Source: Eledone cirrhosa (lineage: Eukaryota). From it: a DNA stretch of 64,000 nucleotides. The translations under genes and the position numbers were made by a program. The DNA lies in assembly GCA_964016885.1 (NCBI GenBank), contig OZ024752.1, forward strand, positions 45,322,001-45,386,000. The letters are read 5' to 3'. The notes beneath the pieces were generated by a model that did no database searches, had not been told where the DNA came from, and was given only the letters and a program-made list of their open reading frames with translations. Shown in pieces: positions 41,101 to 55,729 of the stretch (its first letter is position 1; every line of letters starts with the position of its first letter).

Positions 41101-41246
41101 CATGCATATATATATATATTATTTGTGTGTGTATATATAACATACATATGTATTTGCTTATAAGGTGCAGACATCTACGGTTGTATCTGCATATATTTAT
41201 GGGTGTGTATGTGCCTGTGAAAGTGCATATGTGTGTGTATATATAC

Positions 41247-41311
<65 letters not shown>

Positions 41312-41829
41312 CATATATATATATATATATATACACATACATATATATATATATATATATACAGACACATATATATAGGTGTATATGGTGGCTGCCAACT
41401 CGTTTTCGAGTACGGCCACTACTTTATATCCATGTAGGAGAACCCCTACCGATGCGCTGAACAAGTGTGACTTCTTAGTCCAGCCAGCGACTTGAAAACT
41501 CTGGTACAAACACTACACTTGTGACAATTATTGACACATAGTGCTGGGCCCATGGTACCATGTGACGACAAGTGCAGAGAGATCTCCAGATATAAAGCAA
41601 TGCCTGTGCCGTGAAGCTTTTATAGTGAGCAAAGGCACTGCACAAAGCCAGTCCCACTCTCTTAACCAAGATGATATTTACCAAAAAGAAGAACAAGTCA
41701 ACATCATTGGATACCATCAGAGTTGCAGGTGTTATATCAGAGTTTTCCTTCTCCTAGAATTCTGCCTTGACAAAGGCTAAGGGGTCATCTCTCATATATA
41801 TGTGTATATATATATATATATATATACAC

Positions 41830-41860
<31 letters not shown>

Positions 41861-41999
41861 TATATATATATATATTTATATATATATTCACACACAGATA
41901 TATATTTATATATATACACACATATATATATATAAATACACACACACATATATATATGTGTGTGTGTGTGTGTTTGTGTTTATATATATATATATCATC

Positions 42000-42970
42000 A
42001 GCATTGTTTTTATATCTGTTTCTATACTTGCATGGGCTGGAGATGTCCTTTTCATCAAAGCATCTCTTCACTCTGTGTTCCTTTGCCATCTCCTTTGTGA
42101 GTCTCTCAGTGATTTGAAATCAGCTCCCTACACATCTGCTCAAGTCTTCCTTGGTCTTCCTCTATCGCGGCTTCCTTCCACCTTCACCCATCTTATTTCT
42201 ATCACATTTTCCCCTAACAAAACCCCAATTTACACTGTCACACTGCCTTGCAATGTGGAACACTTCATGTCTCATATCCTCGTGTCACAAGACATTGACA
42301 AACTTTCTGTGTTTCAGCCTCACTCTTGGCTGTGTGTACCATTTATCTAGCTTCTTTCTTAGTTACCTAGTACCAGTCTCTGCTACCTCTCATTTTTCCA
42401 GTCTTTCTACACCTATTTCTTGGCCTTAATGGTTCTATCCACTGTACTGTTCCACCACCAGGTCACCCTCTGCCTGGCACTTTACTATAGGCTGGTGAAT
42501 TGCCAGTATCGGTAGAGGTTTGGACACCATGCTTTCTAGCATAGCCACGTCCCTTTATGGTTCAAATCCCGCCGAGGTTAACTTTGCCTTTCATCCTTAC
42601 GGGGTCGATAAAATAAAGTACCAGTAATACACTGGAGTAATTGCTGGCCTTGTGCCTAAAGTAGAAACAATTATATTTACAATCTCATCAGTAATTTACG
42701 AAAGGTTGTCACACAAGAATTTCCAATTGTCCTTTATATTATAGGAATCTAGCTTGTCACCCTTCTCATCAAATGCATCCTGTAGGGCCTTTCTAAACCC
42801 ATATTCAACCAAAAGGTCATTTAGCTACGAAACCCTCATATCTCCATATTTTCTCTTCTGTCTTCTCCTTATTCTGATGACACTAATAACTAACTTTTGT
42901 CAGATGCCCCCCCCCCCCCCCCCCCGTGCCCCAGGGAGGCCTTAGTAATTGTTATAGTCCGTTTATCTTG
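42000..42970 (-). mobile_element. Scrambled RTE LINE fragments with a SINE insertion
   Basis: RTE 3'-end sequence (gaagccgcgatagaggaagaccaaggaagactt) and linker-like segments (VTWWWNSTVDRTIK) on the minus strand. Confidence 0.55.
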
Positions 42971-44057
42971 TCTTACAAGTAAGAAATTAATGTATATATA
43001 TATATGTATATGTATATATATAAATATATATATGTATATGTATATATATGTATATGTATATATATGTATATGTATATATATATATGTATATGTATATGTA
43101 TATATATAAATATATATATGTATATATATGTATATATATATATAAATATATGTATATATATATGTATATATATAAATATATATATGTATATATATGTATA
43201 TATATATATAAATATATGTATATATGTATATGTATATATATAAATATATATATGTATATGTATATATATATGTATGTATATATAATAATCATTTAAGACA
43301 TTAAATGATGATGTTGATAGATATACCTATACTTATACATACATATGTGTATATATATATATATATATACATATATACATACATGTATACACACACATGC
43401 AATTATAGTATTTATTACTGTCTGTTAATGTGTGTATATATATTTATATATCATCGTTTAAGACTTTAAATGAGGATGATGACATTGATATACATAGCTA
43501 TATATATATACATAGCTATATATATATACATAGCTATATATATATACATAGCTATATATATATACATACATATATATGATGGCTGCCCCCTCGTTATCGA
43601 GTATGGCCATTGCACGATATACCATTATTAATAATTATTAATTAATTCTATCGTGCAATGCCTGTGTGTGAACATATTTTGTTAAAGTGAGGAAAGACTG
43701 TGCACTGAGCCAATCCCACTCTCTAGCGACACTAGCTATAACCCAAAGAGAAGAAAGGATCAACATCATCGGTAACTACTGAGCCGCAGGTTTATCCCAG
43801 TTTCCTGAGTTGCCTTCTCCTAGAAGAATGCCCTGACAAAGGCTAGGGGTTCTTTCACTCCCAGTGTACATATACACACACACAGACACACACACACACA
43901 CACAGACACACACAGGCACACACAAACACACATACAATAAATGTTCTATCATTCCAAATGTTGAAGGTATTTTCATAGATTCAAAGAAACCATCTTTTCA
44001 TTTTGTTTAATCTCTCCATAGTTTTCTGTCATTAGTTTGTGTTTCCTTTGATGTTGT

Positions 44058-45660
44058 GTCACCTGCATATATTATGTTACCTGAATATATTATGTCACCT
44101 GAATATATTATGTCTTACCTGTATGTATTATGTCACCTGTATATATTATGTCATCTGTATATATTATGTCACCTGTATATATTATGTCATATGTATATAT
44201 TATGTCTTACCTGTATATATTATGTCACTTGTATATATTATGTCTTACCTGTATATATTATGTCATCTGTATATATTATGTCACCTGTATATATTATGTC
44301 ATCTGTATATATTATGTCATCTGTATATATTATGTCATCTGTATATATTATGTTACCTGTATATATTATGTCATCTGTATATATTATGTCATCTGTATAT
44401 ATTATGTTACCTGAATATATTATGTCTTACCTGTATATATTATGTTACCTGTATATATTTTGTCTTTCCTGTATATCTCACCTGTATACCTCACCTATAT
44501 ATCTGTATACCTCACCTATATATCCTGTATATCTCACCTATATATATTTTGTCTTACCTGTATATATTTTGTCTTACCTGTATATATTTTGTATCACCTG
44601 TATATATTTTGTCTTACCAGTATATGTTATGTCACCTGTATATATTGTGTCACCTGTATATATATATTGTATCACCTGTATATATTTTGTATTACCTGTA
44701 TATATATTGTCTTACCTGTATATATATTTTGTCTTACCTGTATATATATTTTGTATTACCTGTATATATATTGTATCACCTGTATATATTTTGTATTACC
44801 TGTATATATATTTTGTATTACCTGTATATATATTGTATCACCTGTATATATTTTGTATTACCTGTATATATATTGTCTTACCTGTATATATATTTTGTCT
44901 TACCTGTATATATATTTTGTATGACCTGTATATATATTGTCTTACCTGTATATATATTTTGTATTACCTGTATATATATTGTCTTACCTGTATATATATT
45001 GTCTTACCTGTATATATATATTGTCTTACCTGTATATATATTGTCTTACCTGTATATATATTGTCTTACCTGTATATATATATATTGTCTTATCTGTATA
45101 TATTTTGTCTTACCTGTATATATATATTGTATTACCTGTATATATATTGTCTTACCTGTATATATATTGTCTTACCTGTGTATATATATATTGTCTTACC
45201 TGTATATATTTTGTCTTACCTGTATATATATTGTCTTACCTGTGTATATATATATTGTCTTACCTGTATATATTTTGTCTTACCTGTATATATATTGTCT
45301 TACCTGTATATATATATTGTCTTACCTGTATATATATTGTCTTACCTGTATATATATTGTCTTACCTGTATATATATATATATTGTCTTACCTGTATATA
45401 TATTGTCTTACCTGTATATATATTGTATTACCTGTATATATATTGTCTTACCTGTATATATATTGTATTACCTGTATATATTTTGTCTTACCTGTATATA
45501 TATTGTCTTACCTGTATATATATATTGTCTTACCTGTATATATATATTGTCTTACCTGTATATATATATTGTCTTACCTGTATATATATTGTCTTACCTG
45601 TATATATATATATTGTCTTACCTGTATATATATATATATATATTGTCTTACCTGTATATA
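44058..45660. repeat. About 20-24-bp variable minisatellite (TA)nTTGTCTTACCTG
   Basis: Direct reading; unit length varies with the TA count. Confidence 0.95.
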
Positions 45661-46099
45661 TTTTCTCCACATCATTTTTATATATTTTGTATAATTTTAT
45701 TGTATTTTTCGTTGTACATTCCCCCTTTTTTTTTTTTTTTTATCTGACTGGTCTGGTGGGCCGGATTGTGGCCCGTGGGCTGCCTGTTGCACGTCCCCGC
45801 TGTATGGTATCTTGTGCAAGTATCAACCACCTTGCCTGGTCAGTGAACCTGAGCAGATGGAAAATATATAGAAGTAGAAGCCTTTTGGATTAATTTGTAC
45901 CAGTAATTCAAAACGTCTGGCTTTGAAACATATTGTGTGACACAGTCAGGCTTTAGAATTGTATTAAAGATTGTGTCTGAGGAATACTCAGCCATTTACA
46001 CTTTAATTTAATGAATAGAACAATCAGTTGATCAGTTGATCAAATAATTGAGTCCCCATCATAGAAACTGCTGGGGAGTCCATTATATATATAGGGAGT

Positions 46100-46164
<65 letters not shown>

Positions 46165-46211
46165 CATATATATATGTATATATATATATATGTCATATAT
46201 ATATATATATA

Positions 46212-46242
<31 letters not shown>

Positions 46243-46281
46243 GTCTAAAACCCATGCTAGCATGGAAGATAGATGATAAAC

Positions 46282-46314
<33 letters not shown>

Positions 46315-46359
46315 ATGTGTGTGTGTTAAGTATTTCTGTAGAAAAATATATACACACAT

Positions 46360-46410
<51 letters not shown>

Positions 46411-46863
46411 AGTATATCTACTAACATATGCGTACAGATGTACGCTAATGCCAATATGTATACACACACACACACACACACACAGAAATAATTAGACACT
46501 TTAGCAGAAATTCTATATATTTCTCTAATATGGAGCCATTCACAGCATTTAATGGTCTATATGGAATAAAGACTACAACATTGTTTCATGAACTGGAGAG
46601 ACTTCTGTCTAATGGGTATTAAACTTGATTACGAACTTTTCATTTGTAAATTAATCCCACTGCAAGTGTTTCAATGTGTCTTTCGACAGAAAAGCTTTCC
46701 CATTTGCCTTCATTTACATAAAGATGGGTCTTTTGTCACTTTCTGTAATCACTGATTCACCTTTTTTTCTTGTAAACTACATCCAATTCCTCTCATCTTT
46801 AGTTTTTCTCTCAGTTTACATATGTTATATAGTTGAAACACATAGTGGCATATTGATGGTGGT

Positions 46864-47088
46864 GCATGTCGGTGCAGCTGAATGTCGGTACAGCTGCATG
46901 TCAGTGCAGCTGCATGGCGGTACAGCTGAATGTCGGTACAGCTGAATGTCAGTACAGCTGCATGGCGGTACAGCTGCATGGCGGTACAGCTGCATGTCGG
47001 TGCAGCTGCATGTCGGTGCAGCTGCATGTCGGTGCAGCTGCATGTCGGTGCAGCTGCATGTCGGTGCAGCTGCATGTCGGTGCAGCTA
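46864..47088. repeat. 16-bp minisatellite containing the palindrome TGCAGCTGCA
   Basis: Unit tgcagctgcatgtcgg. Confidence 0.92.
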
Positions 47089-47619
47089 CATCTTTATATA
47101 AATCTCACTATGGCTATTTTAAGTTGATTACACCTTAAAATAGCCATAGCCAAACTTATGTTGAATATACATAAATATGTTGTATATACTTTAAAAGCCG
47201 ACCTTACCCAACTACACCTCTCAAAGGCGATGACACACGACCGTGACCTCTGGCGTCACGCAGTAATACAGAGTACCCGACCTCCCATGGGTACAAGCTG
47301 AAGCATATAGACAATATGCCCCCACACCCTCCCACTGCATGGTGGCCGTGGAGGTGCCACGGCAAAATAGCACCCAGCCCTCACTGTAAATGAGGTTGGT
47401 GTTAGGAAGGGCATCCAGCTGTAGAAATCAAGCCAAATCAGTTCCTGTATGAGCAAGGCATGGTCAGCCGACCAGACACTGCCCACAACAGGACAACCCG
47501 CCTAACCCATGCTAGCGTGGAAGAACGGATGTAAAACGGTGATGATGATGATGACTTTCATGAACTTCTCTGCTATAATTCATTCTATGTTAGTGCTACT
47601 GCTAATTAATATATATTCT

Positions 47620-48003
47620 AAGGCGGGTAAAATTCCCGAGATCCATGGACGAGTTCTCTCCAGTGGTCTCTGTCCCTCATTATCGCTGCCATGTCCTGCG
47701 TCTCCAACAGACCAGTGTCTGTCCTTAGGGCATCAACATACGTTAACCTTGGTCTTCCTCTTCTAGTGTGTCCATGTAGGGGCTCCCAAAGGAGCACTGA
47801 GTGCAATGTCAACTCTGGATGTCGGTGAGCATGTCCAGCTAACCTCAGTCTCCTCTGAGACTTGGACACTGACCAAGAAACTCACTCAGATGGTGGATGG
47901 GTGCTACACGAGAATGCTGAGGATGGCTCTGAATATTAATCAGTATACACTGAGGATGAAAAACTCAGAGCTGTATGGGAGCATCCAAAAGTCAGCTCAA
48001 AAG
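47620..48003 (-). mobile_element. 5'-inverted RTE-like LINE 3' fragment
   Basis: Minus: QRRLRLAGHAHRHPE...LLWEPLHGHTRRGRPRLTYVDAL...MRDRDHWRELV. Plus: SETWTLTKKLTQMVDGCYTRMLRMALNI...LYG. Confidence 0.85.
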
Positions 48004-48284
48004 TAATATATATATATATATATATATTACTGGTACTTTCCTGACTTTTGTACATTATTCTATGTACTATACAGGGCGGTGGATTGGCAGTATCGGTAGA
48101 GGGTTAGACGCCATGCTTTGCAGCAAAGAGTTACGGCCTTTATGGTCTGAGTTCAAATCCCGCCGAGGTTAACTTTGCCTTTCATCCTTACAGGGTCGAT
48201 AAAATAAAGTACCAGTAATGTACTGGGTAATTGATGGCCTTGTGCCAAAAGTAGAAACAATTATATTATATATAAATTTGATGA

Positions 48285-48597
48285 GGGGAAATTTTGACAT
48301 GAAATTCATCAGAATTGAGAGATCACAGCTCTGATACTATGGACATGTGGTTTGAATGTCTCAGGAAAGAATCACTGGACAGATTTAACAGACAAAACCA
48401 GCAGGCAGGAGACCCAGGGGTAGACCCCGAACAAGATGGTTGGATAACATCCATGAGCTTGGCTGGTCTCGCTTGAGGATCCAGCCGGATCAGTTGAAGA
48501 TGGTTGCTTTTGACTGGACCTGCTGGAAGGAGTGTTTAAGGACTCTGCCCTGCCACCCATGACCCTCTCAGGAATATGTGGGCAAAGAAGAATAAGA
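48285..48597 (+). mobile_element. RTE LINE 3' fragment
   Basis: IERSQL*YYGHVV*MSQER...RRPRGRPRTRWLDNIHEL; related minus-strand pieces at about 4365-4500 and 6380-6458. Confidence 0.7.
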
Positions 48598-49373
48598 ATT
48601 CATTAGGATTTGAACACAATTCTAGGTTATGGAACAAAGTGTATTCAGTAGTGAGCTATAGCATATCTATAATCACTTCACCACCCTGCTACCCGTTGTA
48701 TTGATTACGTAAATAGAATGATTGAAAGTTCTCAATAGTGATTGGTGATTAAAGTAAAATTATAACAAACAACAACAGATTTGGTTTCAATGATTATTTT
48801 GGAAACTGCATAATGGAGATTATTTTGCAGTTCTAATTCTCTAAAAAAAATCTATAGAAATAACAAAAATATAAACTATAAAATATAATTTTCAAAGTAA
48901 GAGAAAAATTAATTCTTTTTTGTGTAAATATTAAATAGAAGTTCAACACCCTTTTGAGAGATCGAGGGAAAAAATATTAAAATATAAAGAAAATATTTTC
49001 TGAAAATTTATTTTGGCTCAGTATTGTTCAAGATAGAATTATTAGTTATAGAAACACAAACAGTCTAATGTAAATATAAATGAGAGGATGGACAGTTTAT
49101 TCCTGAAAATATACTCACTGACTGTGGCTGTCATTGATGTATGTATATATATATATCATCATCATCATCGTTTAACGTCCATCTTCCACGCTAGCATGGG
49201 TTTGGATGGCAATTTTTCCACTTGAGGCAAGATTGGTTGTCTTGCTCGTATAGAACTGTCTGGCGGGTTTTCTATGGCTGGATGCCCTTCCTAACACCAA
49301 CCACGTTTACAGTGTGGACTGTGAGGTTTTTACCGTGTTACCTACATGGCCACATTACAGCATGGACTGTGTG

Positions 49374-49415
<42 letters not shown>

Positions 49416-50146
49416 AAATTGAATTAGAAGCTTTCTCTGTATTTTGACTATAGAAAATAGTCTAATAACAGGGTGTATAAGCCCCCAGAGCAGAAAAAAA
49501 TAGTGATTATGATGATAATCAAAAAGCACCCAGTCCACACTGTAAAGTGGTCGTGTTGGTGTCACGGTGAAAAGGCTCCCAGTTCCACACTGTAAAGTGG
49601 TCGTGTTGGTGTCACGGTGAAAAGGCTCCCAGTTTCACACTGTAAATGTGGTTGGTGTTAGGAAGGGCATCAGCCATAGAAAACCAGCCAGAAACAGTTC
49701 TGTACAAGCGAGATATGGTCACCCGACCAATCTCGCCTCAAGTGGAACAAAACCGTCCAACCCATGCTAGCGTGGAAGATGGATGTTAAACGATGATGAT
49801 GATGATGATATAATATATAATATATATATATAGAGAGAGAGAGAGGGAGAGAGATAGAGATGTAAAATCCAAACTGTGGCGCCAAGTAATTTCAGCTTGT
49901 GTGTTCACAACAAGCCGGAACCACTTGGTGCCACAGTTTGGATTTTACATATGACTATACCCACTCTGCATTTCCCCCTGCACATATATATAAGGAGGAG
50001 GAGGAGGAAGGGCGGGAAGGATTGGGGGGGAGGGAGGGCAGGAAGGATTGGAGGGGGGAGGAGGTAACTTATTTTGAAACTATTTTACAGTTTTCTGAAA
50101 ATATTTGAAAGGAAAAGTAAAAAAAAAATTAAAATAATAATAAAAA

Positions 50147-50191
<45 letters not shown>

Positions 50192-50689
50192 AAAACAAAA
50201 ACAAAAACAAAAACATTCAGAATCTGAAATTAATCAATCAAAGGAGATAAGATAGATTTTTGCTATTGATCTCCTCCTTCTTCAACATGAAACTGGATTG
50301 ACTTCCATGTTGGAGGAGAAGAAACATGATGTCCTAAATTGTTTTTTCTTCTTCAATATATTATTTAACCCTTTAACATTTACATTACTCTATATATTCT
50401 ATTGTATTTACACGGTAAAGGCTTTACCTTACAATTACCTCACATAATATCGAAGCTATGAAATTTTGAGAACAATACCTTAACATAAGTATGAGTAGCC
50501 AGTTACGACTGGTTTGAATAGAAAGACATGAGAGAATTCTGGCCGGATATGGCCGGTTTAAAGACTAAGAGGTTAACCCTTTTGATACGAAACCAATATA
50601 TATATATTTATGTAAGGAACACAAATTTAGGTTTGAAACACCAGTTTGACCAATAACAATGATTTATGTGAGAGGGAGAGGTGGGAGAG

Positions 50690-51345
50690 AGAGATGTGAA
50701 GTGGGAGAGAGATGTGAGTGGGAGAGAGAGATGTGAGTGTAAGAGAGCGAGAGATGTGAGCGAGAGAGAGAGATGTGAGTGTAAGAGAGCGAGAGAGAGA
50801 GATGTGTGTAAAAGAGAGAGATGTGAGTGAGAGAGAGAGATGTATGTGTAAGAGAGAGGGGTGTGAGAGAGAGAGAGAGAGAGATGTGAGCGAGAGAGAG
50901 AGATGTGAGTGTAAGAGAGCGAGAGAGAGAGATGTGTGTAAAAGAGAGAGATGTGAGTGAGAGAGAGAGATGTATGTGTAAGAGAGAGGGGTGTGAGAGA
51001 GAGAGAGAGAGAGATGTGAGCGAGAGAGAGAGATGTGAGTGTAAGAGAGCGAGAGAGAGAGATGTGTGTAAAAGAGAGAGATGTGAGTGAGAGAGAGAGA
51101 TGTATGTGTAAGAGAGAGGGGTGTGAGAGAGAGAGAGAGAGAGATGTGAGCGAGAGAGAGAGATGTGAGTGTAAGAGAGCGAGAGAGAGAGATGTGTGTG
51201 TAAAAGAGAGAGAGATGTGAGTGAGAGAGAGATGTATGTGTAAGAGAGAGAGAGATGTGAGTGAGAGAGAGATGTATGTGTAAGAGAGAGGGGTGTGAGA
51301 GAGAGAGAGAAGAAAGATATGAGAGAGAGAGAGAGAGAGAGAGAT
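50690..51345. repeat. GA/GT low-complexity tract with a 130-bp higher-order repeat
   Basis: Near-identical pseudo-ORFs start at 50775, 50905 and 51035. Confidence 0.9.
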
Positions 51346-53419
51346 AGAGGAAGTATTAAACTAACACACTATTTATTGACCTTGAAAGGATGAAAGACAA
51401 AATTGACCTCAAGATGATTTGAACCCAGATCACAGATCACAGACAACCAGGACATTCCGTCTGCCGTTCTAACAACTCTGCCACTTTACCGATGACAATG
51501 ATAATATGTTCCTTGGGGAATTACCAACATAGAAACCAGATCTAAAGAATAACTGACTGACCTAGAAATAAAGGGTAATTTTAGTCAGAGTGTTTGCATT
51601 AATAATCGTTTAACCTTAAACTAAATCAATACATAGTTGAATATTTTATAAACCTTTTACCTAACAGCTAGAATGATTGGACACTGCTTTTGTATTCAGT
51701 AATACATTGAAGGCAGTGAATTGGTAGAGTCATTAAAACATCGGACAGAATGTTTTATAGTTGTCATTCCAGTTCCCTCTCAGTTCTAGGTTCAAACTCC
51801 ACTGAAGACAACTTTGTTTTTCATCCTTTTCTGGTCGACAAAGTAGCAGTCTATGAATTATTGATAATGAAGAGGTTGAAACACGCACAACAAATCATTC
51901 ATCACCATCATCATCATCATTATTACCATCATCATCATCATCATCATCGTTATTACCACCATCATCATCACCACCTCCTCCACCACCACCACCACCATCA
52001 CCATTACCACCACCACCATCATCATCATCACCACCATCACCACTATAACTACCATCATCACCATAATTACCATCACCATCATCACCATAACTACCACCAT
52101 CACCATAATTACCATCACCATCGCCACCATCACCACCATAACTACCACCATCACCATAATTACCATCACCATCACCACCATCATCACCATAACTACCACC
52201 ATCACCATAATTACCATCACCATCGCCACCATCACCACCATAACTACCATCATCACCATAATTACCATCACCATCACCACCATCACCACCATCACCACCA
52301 CCATCACCATAATTACCATCACCATCGCCACCATCACCACCATAACTACCACCATCACCATAATTACCATCACCATAATCATCATCACCATAACTACCAT
52401 CATCACCATAACTACCATCATCACCATAACAACCATCATCACCATAACTACCATCATGATCCTAATTATTCTAAAATTAAATCCATCAAATGTAAATTTT
52501 TATTAAGCTTCTAAATTTTATTTTAGATTTTAAAACTTGCCTTCAGTAATAAATTGATTCTAATTAAAAATACGAGATTTAAGCCAAGATTAGGGGAGTT
52601 GATATTAATTATCATTATTGTTTTATGTCTGCTTTCCATACTGGCATGGGTTGTCACAGTCTAGGGTCTCAAAGCTAAGGAATGATCCAGGGTTTCATAG
52701 CTGGGAGTTGGTAGTGCTGATGCCATGAAAGAATGTCCTCAGTATACCCTGTAAAGTGTAGTTGGTATTAGGGCCTAGGGCATGGCAGTGTTGTGTGAGG
52801 CTTCAGACTTTGAGATCTTCAAGTTTCATATGTTACATACCAAATATACAATGGAAGAAGAAACTTTATAATCATAGCATTTGTTGTGATCAATAGGGGC
52901 TGTGTTCTGTTTATGTTTCATCCTTTCGATGCCAAACTCCCCGAAACCACTCATGGTTCTATACGATAAACTATTTATTTTGAAGTGTTTATATTTATCT
53001 AAAAACCTTCAATCATATTTTTATGTTAGAAACTTTGCTCCTAACACCAACATAATAATGAGAAATTTAGTTATATTATTGAATGTGTCTAAATATTGAT
53101 TATTTTCTAAATGATTTGAAAACCATAGGCAGTGTCTTACATTAGGAATATTGTAAAGAAAGAGTTAAGGCAGATGAAGTGTGGGAAAGTTCTTGTTATA
53201 TGCAGTGATTGGTTTTCTACTGTTGAAGAAAACAAGATGAGGCTTCACTGGAAGTTGTTCCCAGTGTCTCTATTCTTGGAGTCAGTGTAAACTTAGTATG
53301 AGGTGTCTATGTTGGATGTGGATGGCACTTGTAGGTAGAAAGTGAAGAAGGAATGGAGTGGCATCATTTATGTGGAGTGGGTATTGTTGGAGATGACAGC
53401 ATTTATCACAAAAAATACT

Positions 53420-53720
53420 TTCACTTCGAAAAATAACTGTCTGGAGCACCTCAAAAGCTTAATGAATTATCAAATATCTTTTTGACAAGATTAAAAGCTT
53501 TGAACACTTATTGTGACTTTGACAAGTTCAGTAAAGAATGTGCAATTATGGATCAATTTATTTAGAAAAGATATGAAGCAGACTCTGGCAGTCGGAAGTA
53601 ATAAATTAAGTTACTCAGAACTCCACAAACACTTCAAATGACATCTGATCATGTGTAGATGCTTGAAAAATTTGTCAATGAATAGAAAGAACAATGTAAG
53701 TTGATGGAAATCAAACTGGC
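53420..53720 (+). mobile_element. Decayed Ty3/gypsy gag-like fragment
   Basis: QKLNELSNIFLTRLKALNTYCDFDKFSKECAIMDQFI* ... KLLR matches the Q..E....F..RL..L...C.F...I.DQFI pattern of gypsy Gag. Confidence 0.55.
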
Positions 53721-53944
53721 GAAGTAGATAGATAAAAATTAAATTTTCTTCTTTGTGGCTCAATACAGTTTCTCGTATCTTTCATGAACAGCAAGACAAA
53801 AACAATGTAATAAACTACTACATCATCATCATTTTAATGTCTGCTTTCCCTGCTAGCACGGGTTGGACAGGTCTTCATAGACCAAGTCAGTACTGAAGTG
53901 GGGCTACAGATCTCCCAGGCAAGTCAAGGACTGTTGTCTTACTT

Positions 53945-54133
53945 ATGTAGAGTCTCACATTCTACCAAGTACACGGGAGAGGATGTCATGTCTGTCCTGC
54001 TGTATGGGTGTACTCCATGAACTCTCACTAAGTAACTACACAAGAATCGTGATGGAACATACACAAGAATGCTCAGAGTGGCTTTAAATATCGTGGAAGC
54101 AACACCTTACAAAAAAAAACAATTCTATGGCCA
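53945..54133 (+). mobile_element. Decayed RTE-like LINE fragment (similar region to 47855-48003)
   Basis: SVLLYGC...DGTYTRMLRVALNI...KQHLTKK...YG. Confidence 0.65.
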
Positions 54134-54169
54134 TATATATATATATATATATATATAGGAACGAGTAGG

Positions 54170-54265
54170 ACCCCGACGGCTGAGCTCAAGCCGTTTCGAC
54201 GGCTAATTCTGGACTAACTGAACATTTTTATCCTGGTATATGAATAGCCGAGCTTCTCAGGGGGT
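54170..54265 (-). ncRNA. Type I hammerhead-like motif (family B)
   Basis: acccc-CTGAGAA-gctcggctattc...gaattagccgtc-GAA-acggc-ttgagctca-gccgt-C-ggggt. GUC site; the 5' core is degenerate. Partial copies at 572-607, 2445-2480 and 55437-55620. Confidence 0.6.
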
Positions 54266-54793
54266 AATTCCATATATGGTAAAAGTGATTGTCACAAGGA
54301 TTGATCAAAAGTTTGTTGTTGAGACACATAATTCTATCATGGCAATTTGTGGAAGGAAGGGGTAGCTGAACCTGCCAGTAGAGGTCCTACTCGTTCCTAT
54401 TACCCACTCTACTACCCTAAGTATTGAGTACTTTGGTGCGTTATGGTCCACCTAGTTCCTTACCACATTTCCTTCGTTATATATATATATATATAATATA
54501 GAAATGGCTTCTACAAGACTAGAACTGTTTCTTCCGATTGAAACAGTTCTAGTCCTGTAGAAGCCATTTCTATATTAAATATTTATCCTCTGCTATGTAT
54601 TAAGTACCTTACTTACTGAGGTTACCCTCGATTAAATCCGGGATAAACATATATATATTATATATATCCTTATTTTGTTGTTTGTATAGTTTACACATTC
54701 TGTCGGTTTCCTTGGTGTCACATTTTATAACTACGGTGTTTAACTCTGGACTTAATGTTTGTTTTTAACTTTCGATCTCTTTGCTTTGTGATC

Positions 54794-54846
54794 ACCTCAA
54801 ACAAATTGATAGTACGTGCTGTACTGCAGCTAAAGTTCAATTTACA

Positions 54847-54888
<42 letters not shown>

Positions 54889-54945
54889 TGTAAATCGAAG
54901 TTTAGCTGCAGTACAGCACGTACTGTTCAATTTGTTTGAGGTAAT
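54794..54945. repeat. Inverted repeat around a (TA)n loop
   Basis: acctcaaacaaattga..agtacgtgctgtactgcagctaaa..tttacaaatatta / taatatttgtaaa..tttagctgcagtacagcacgtact..tcaatttgtttgaggt. Confidence 0.9.
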
Positions 54946-55433
54946 ATATTATAGTTTAATATATATATATATTATAATTTAATATATATATATATATAAT
55001 AATAATTGTTTCTACTTTTGGCACAAGGCCAGCAATTACCCAGTGCATTACTGGTACTTTATTTTATCGACCCCGTAAGGATGAAAGGCAAAGTTAACCT
55101 CGGCGGGATTTGAATAATAATAATAATAATAAATTTGAAGACTAAAATCCAAAGAGGGTTCGATAAGGATAAATATATATCAGATATATAAGAACCGTAG
55201 AGCAAATATTTCAGAAGATCCCGTTAAGGGTGAAAGCAGCGATTCTTTGCTTAAACTTTAATCTGTTATTTTAATAAATATATATAAATTTTATTTAATA
55301 CATTAACAGAGAAAGCCTTAAGCGATACTCTGACCATGTACATTACTCTATGTACTGTACATGCATCTACGAGTTGTAGCACACATGAGCATTGTATACA
55401 ATAATTTTCATTATTATATATATATATATATAT

Positions 55434-55698
55434 ATAGGAACGAGTAGGACCCCGACGGCTGAGCTCAAGCCGTTTTGACGGCTAATTCGGGACTAAAAAA
55501 AAAAAAAATATATATATATATATATATATTTATTTATTTATTTAATCTTTTTTTTTTTTTAGTCCAGAATTAGCCGTCAAAACGGCTTGAGCTCAGCCGT
55601 CGGGGTCCTACTCGTTCCTATTACCCACTCTACTACCCTAAGTATTGAGTACTTTAGTGCGTTATGGTCCACCTGGTTCCTTACCACAATTCCTTCGT

Positions 55699-55700
<2 letters not shown>
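55434..55700 (+). mobile_element. Family B element with an inverted duplication (55434-55621) around an A/T-rich spacer
   Basis: ataggaacgagtaggaccccgacggctgagctc...ggact(A)n ... (T)nagtcc...gagctcagccgtcggggtcctactcgttcctat; the 3' end is near-identical to 54384-54480. Confidence 0.75.
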
Positions 55701-55729
<29 letters not shown>

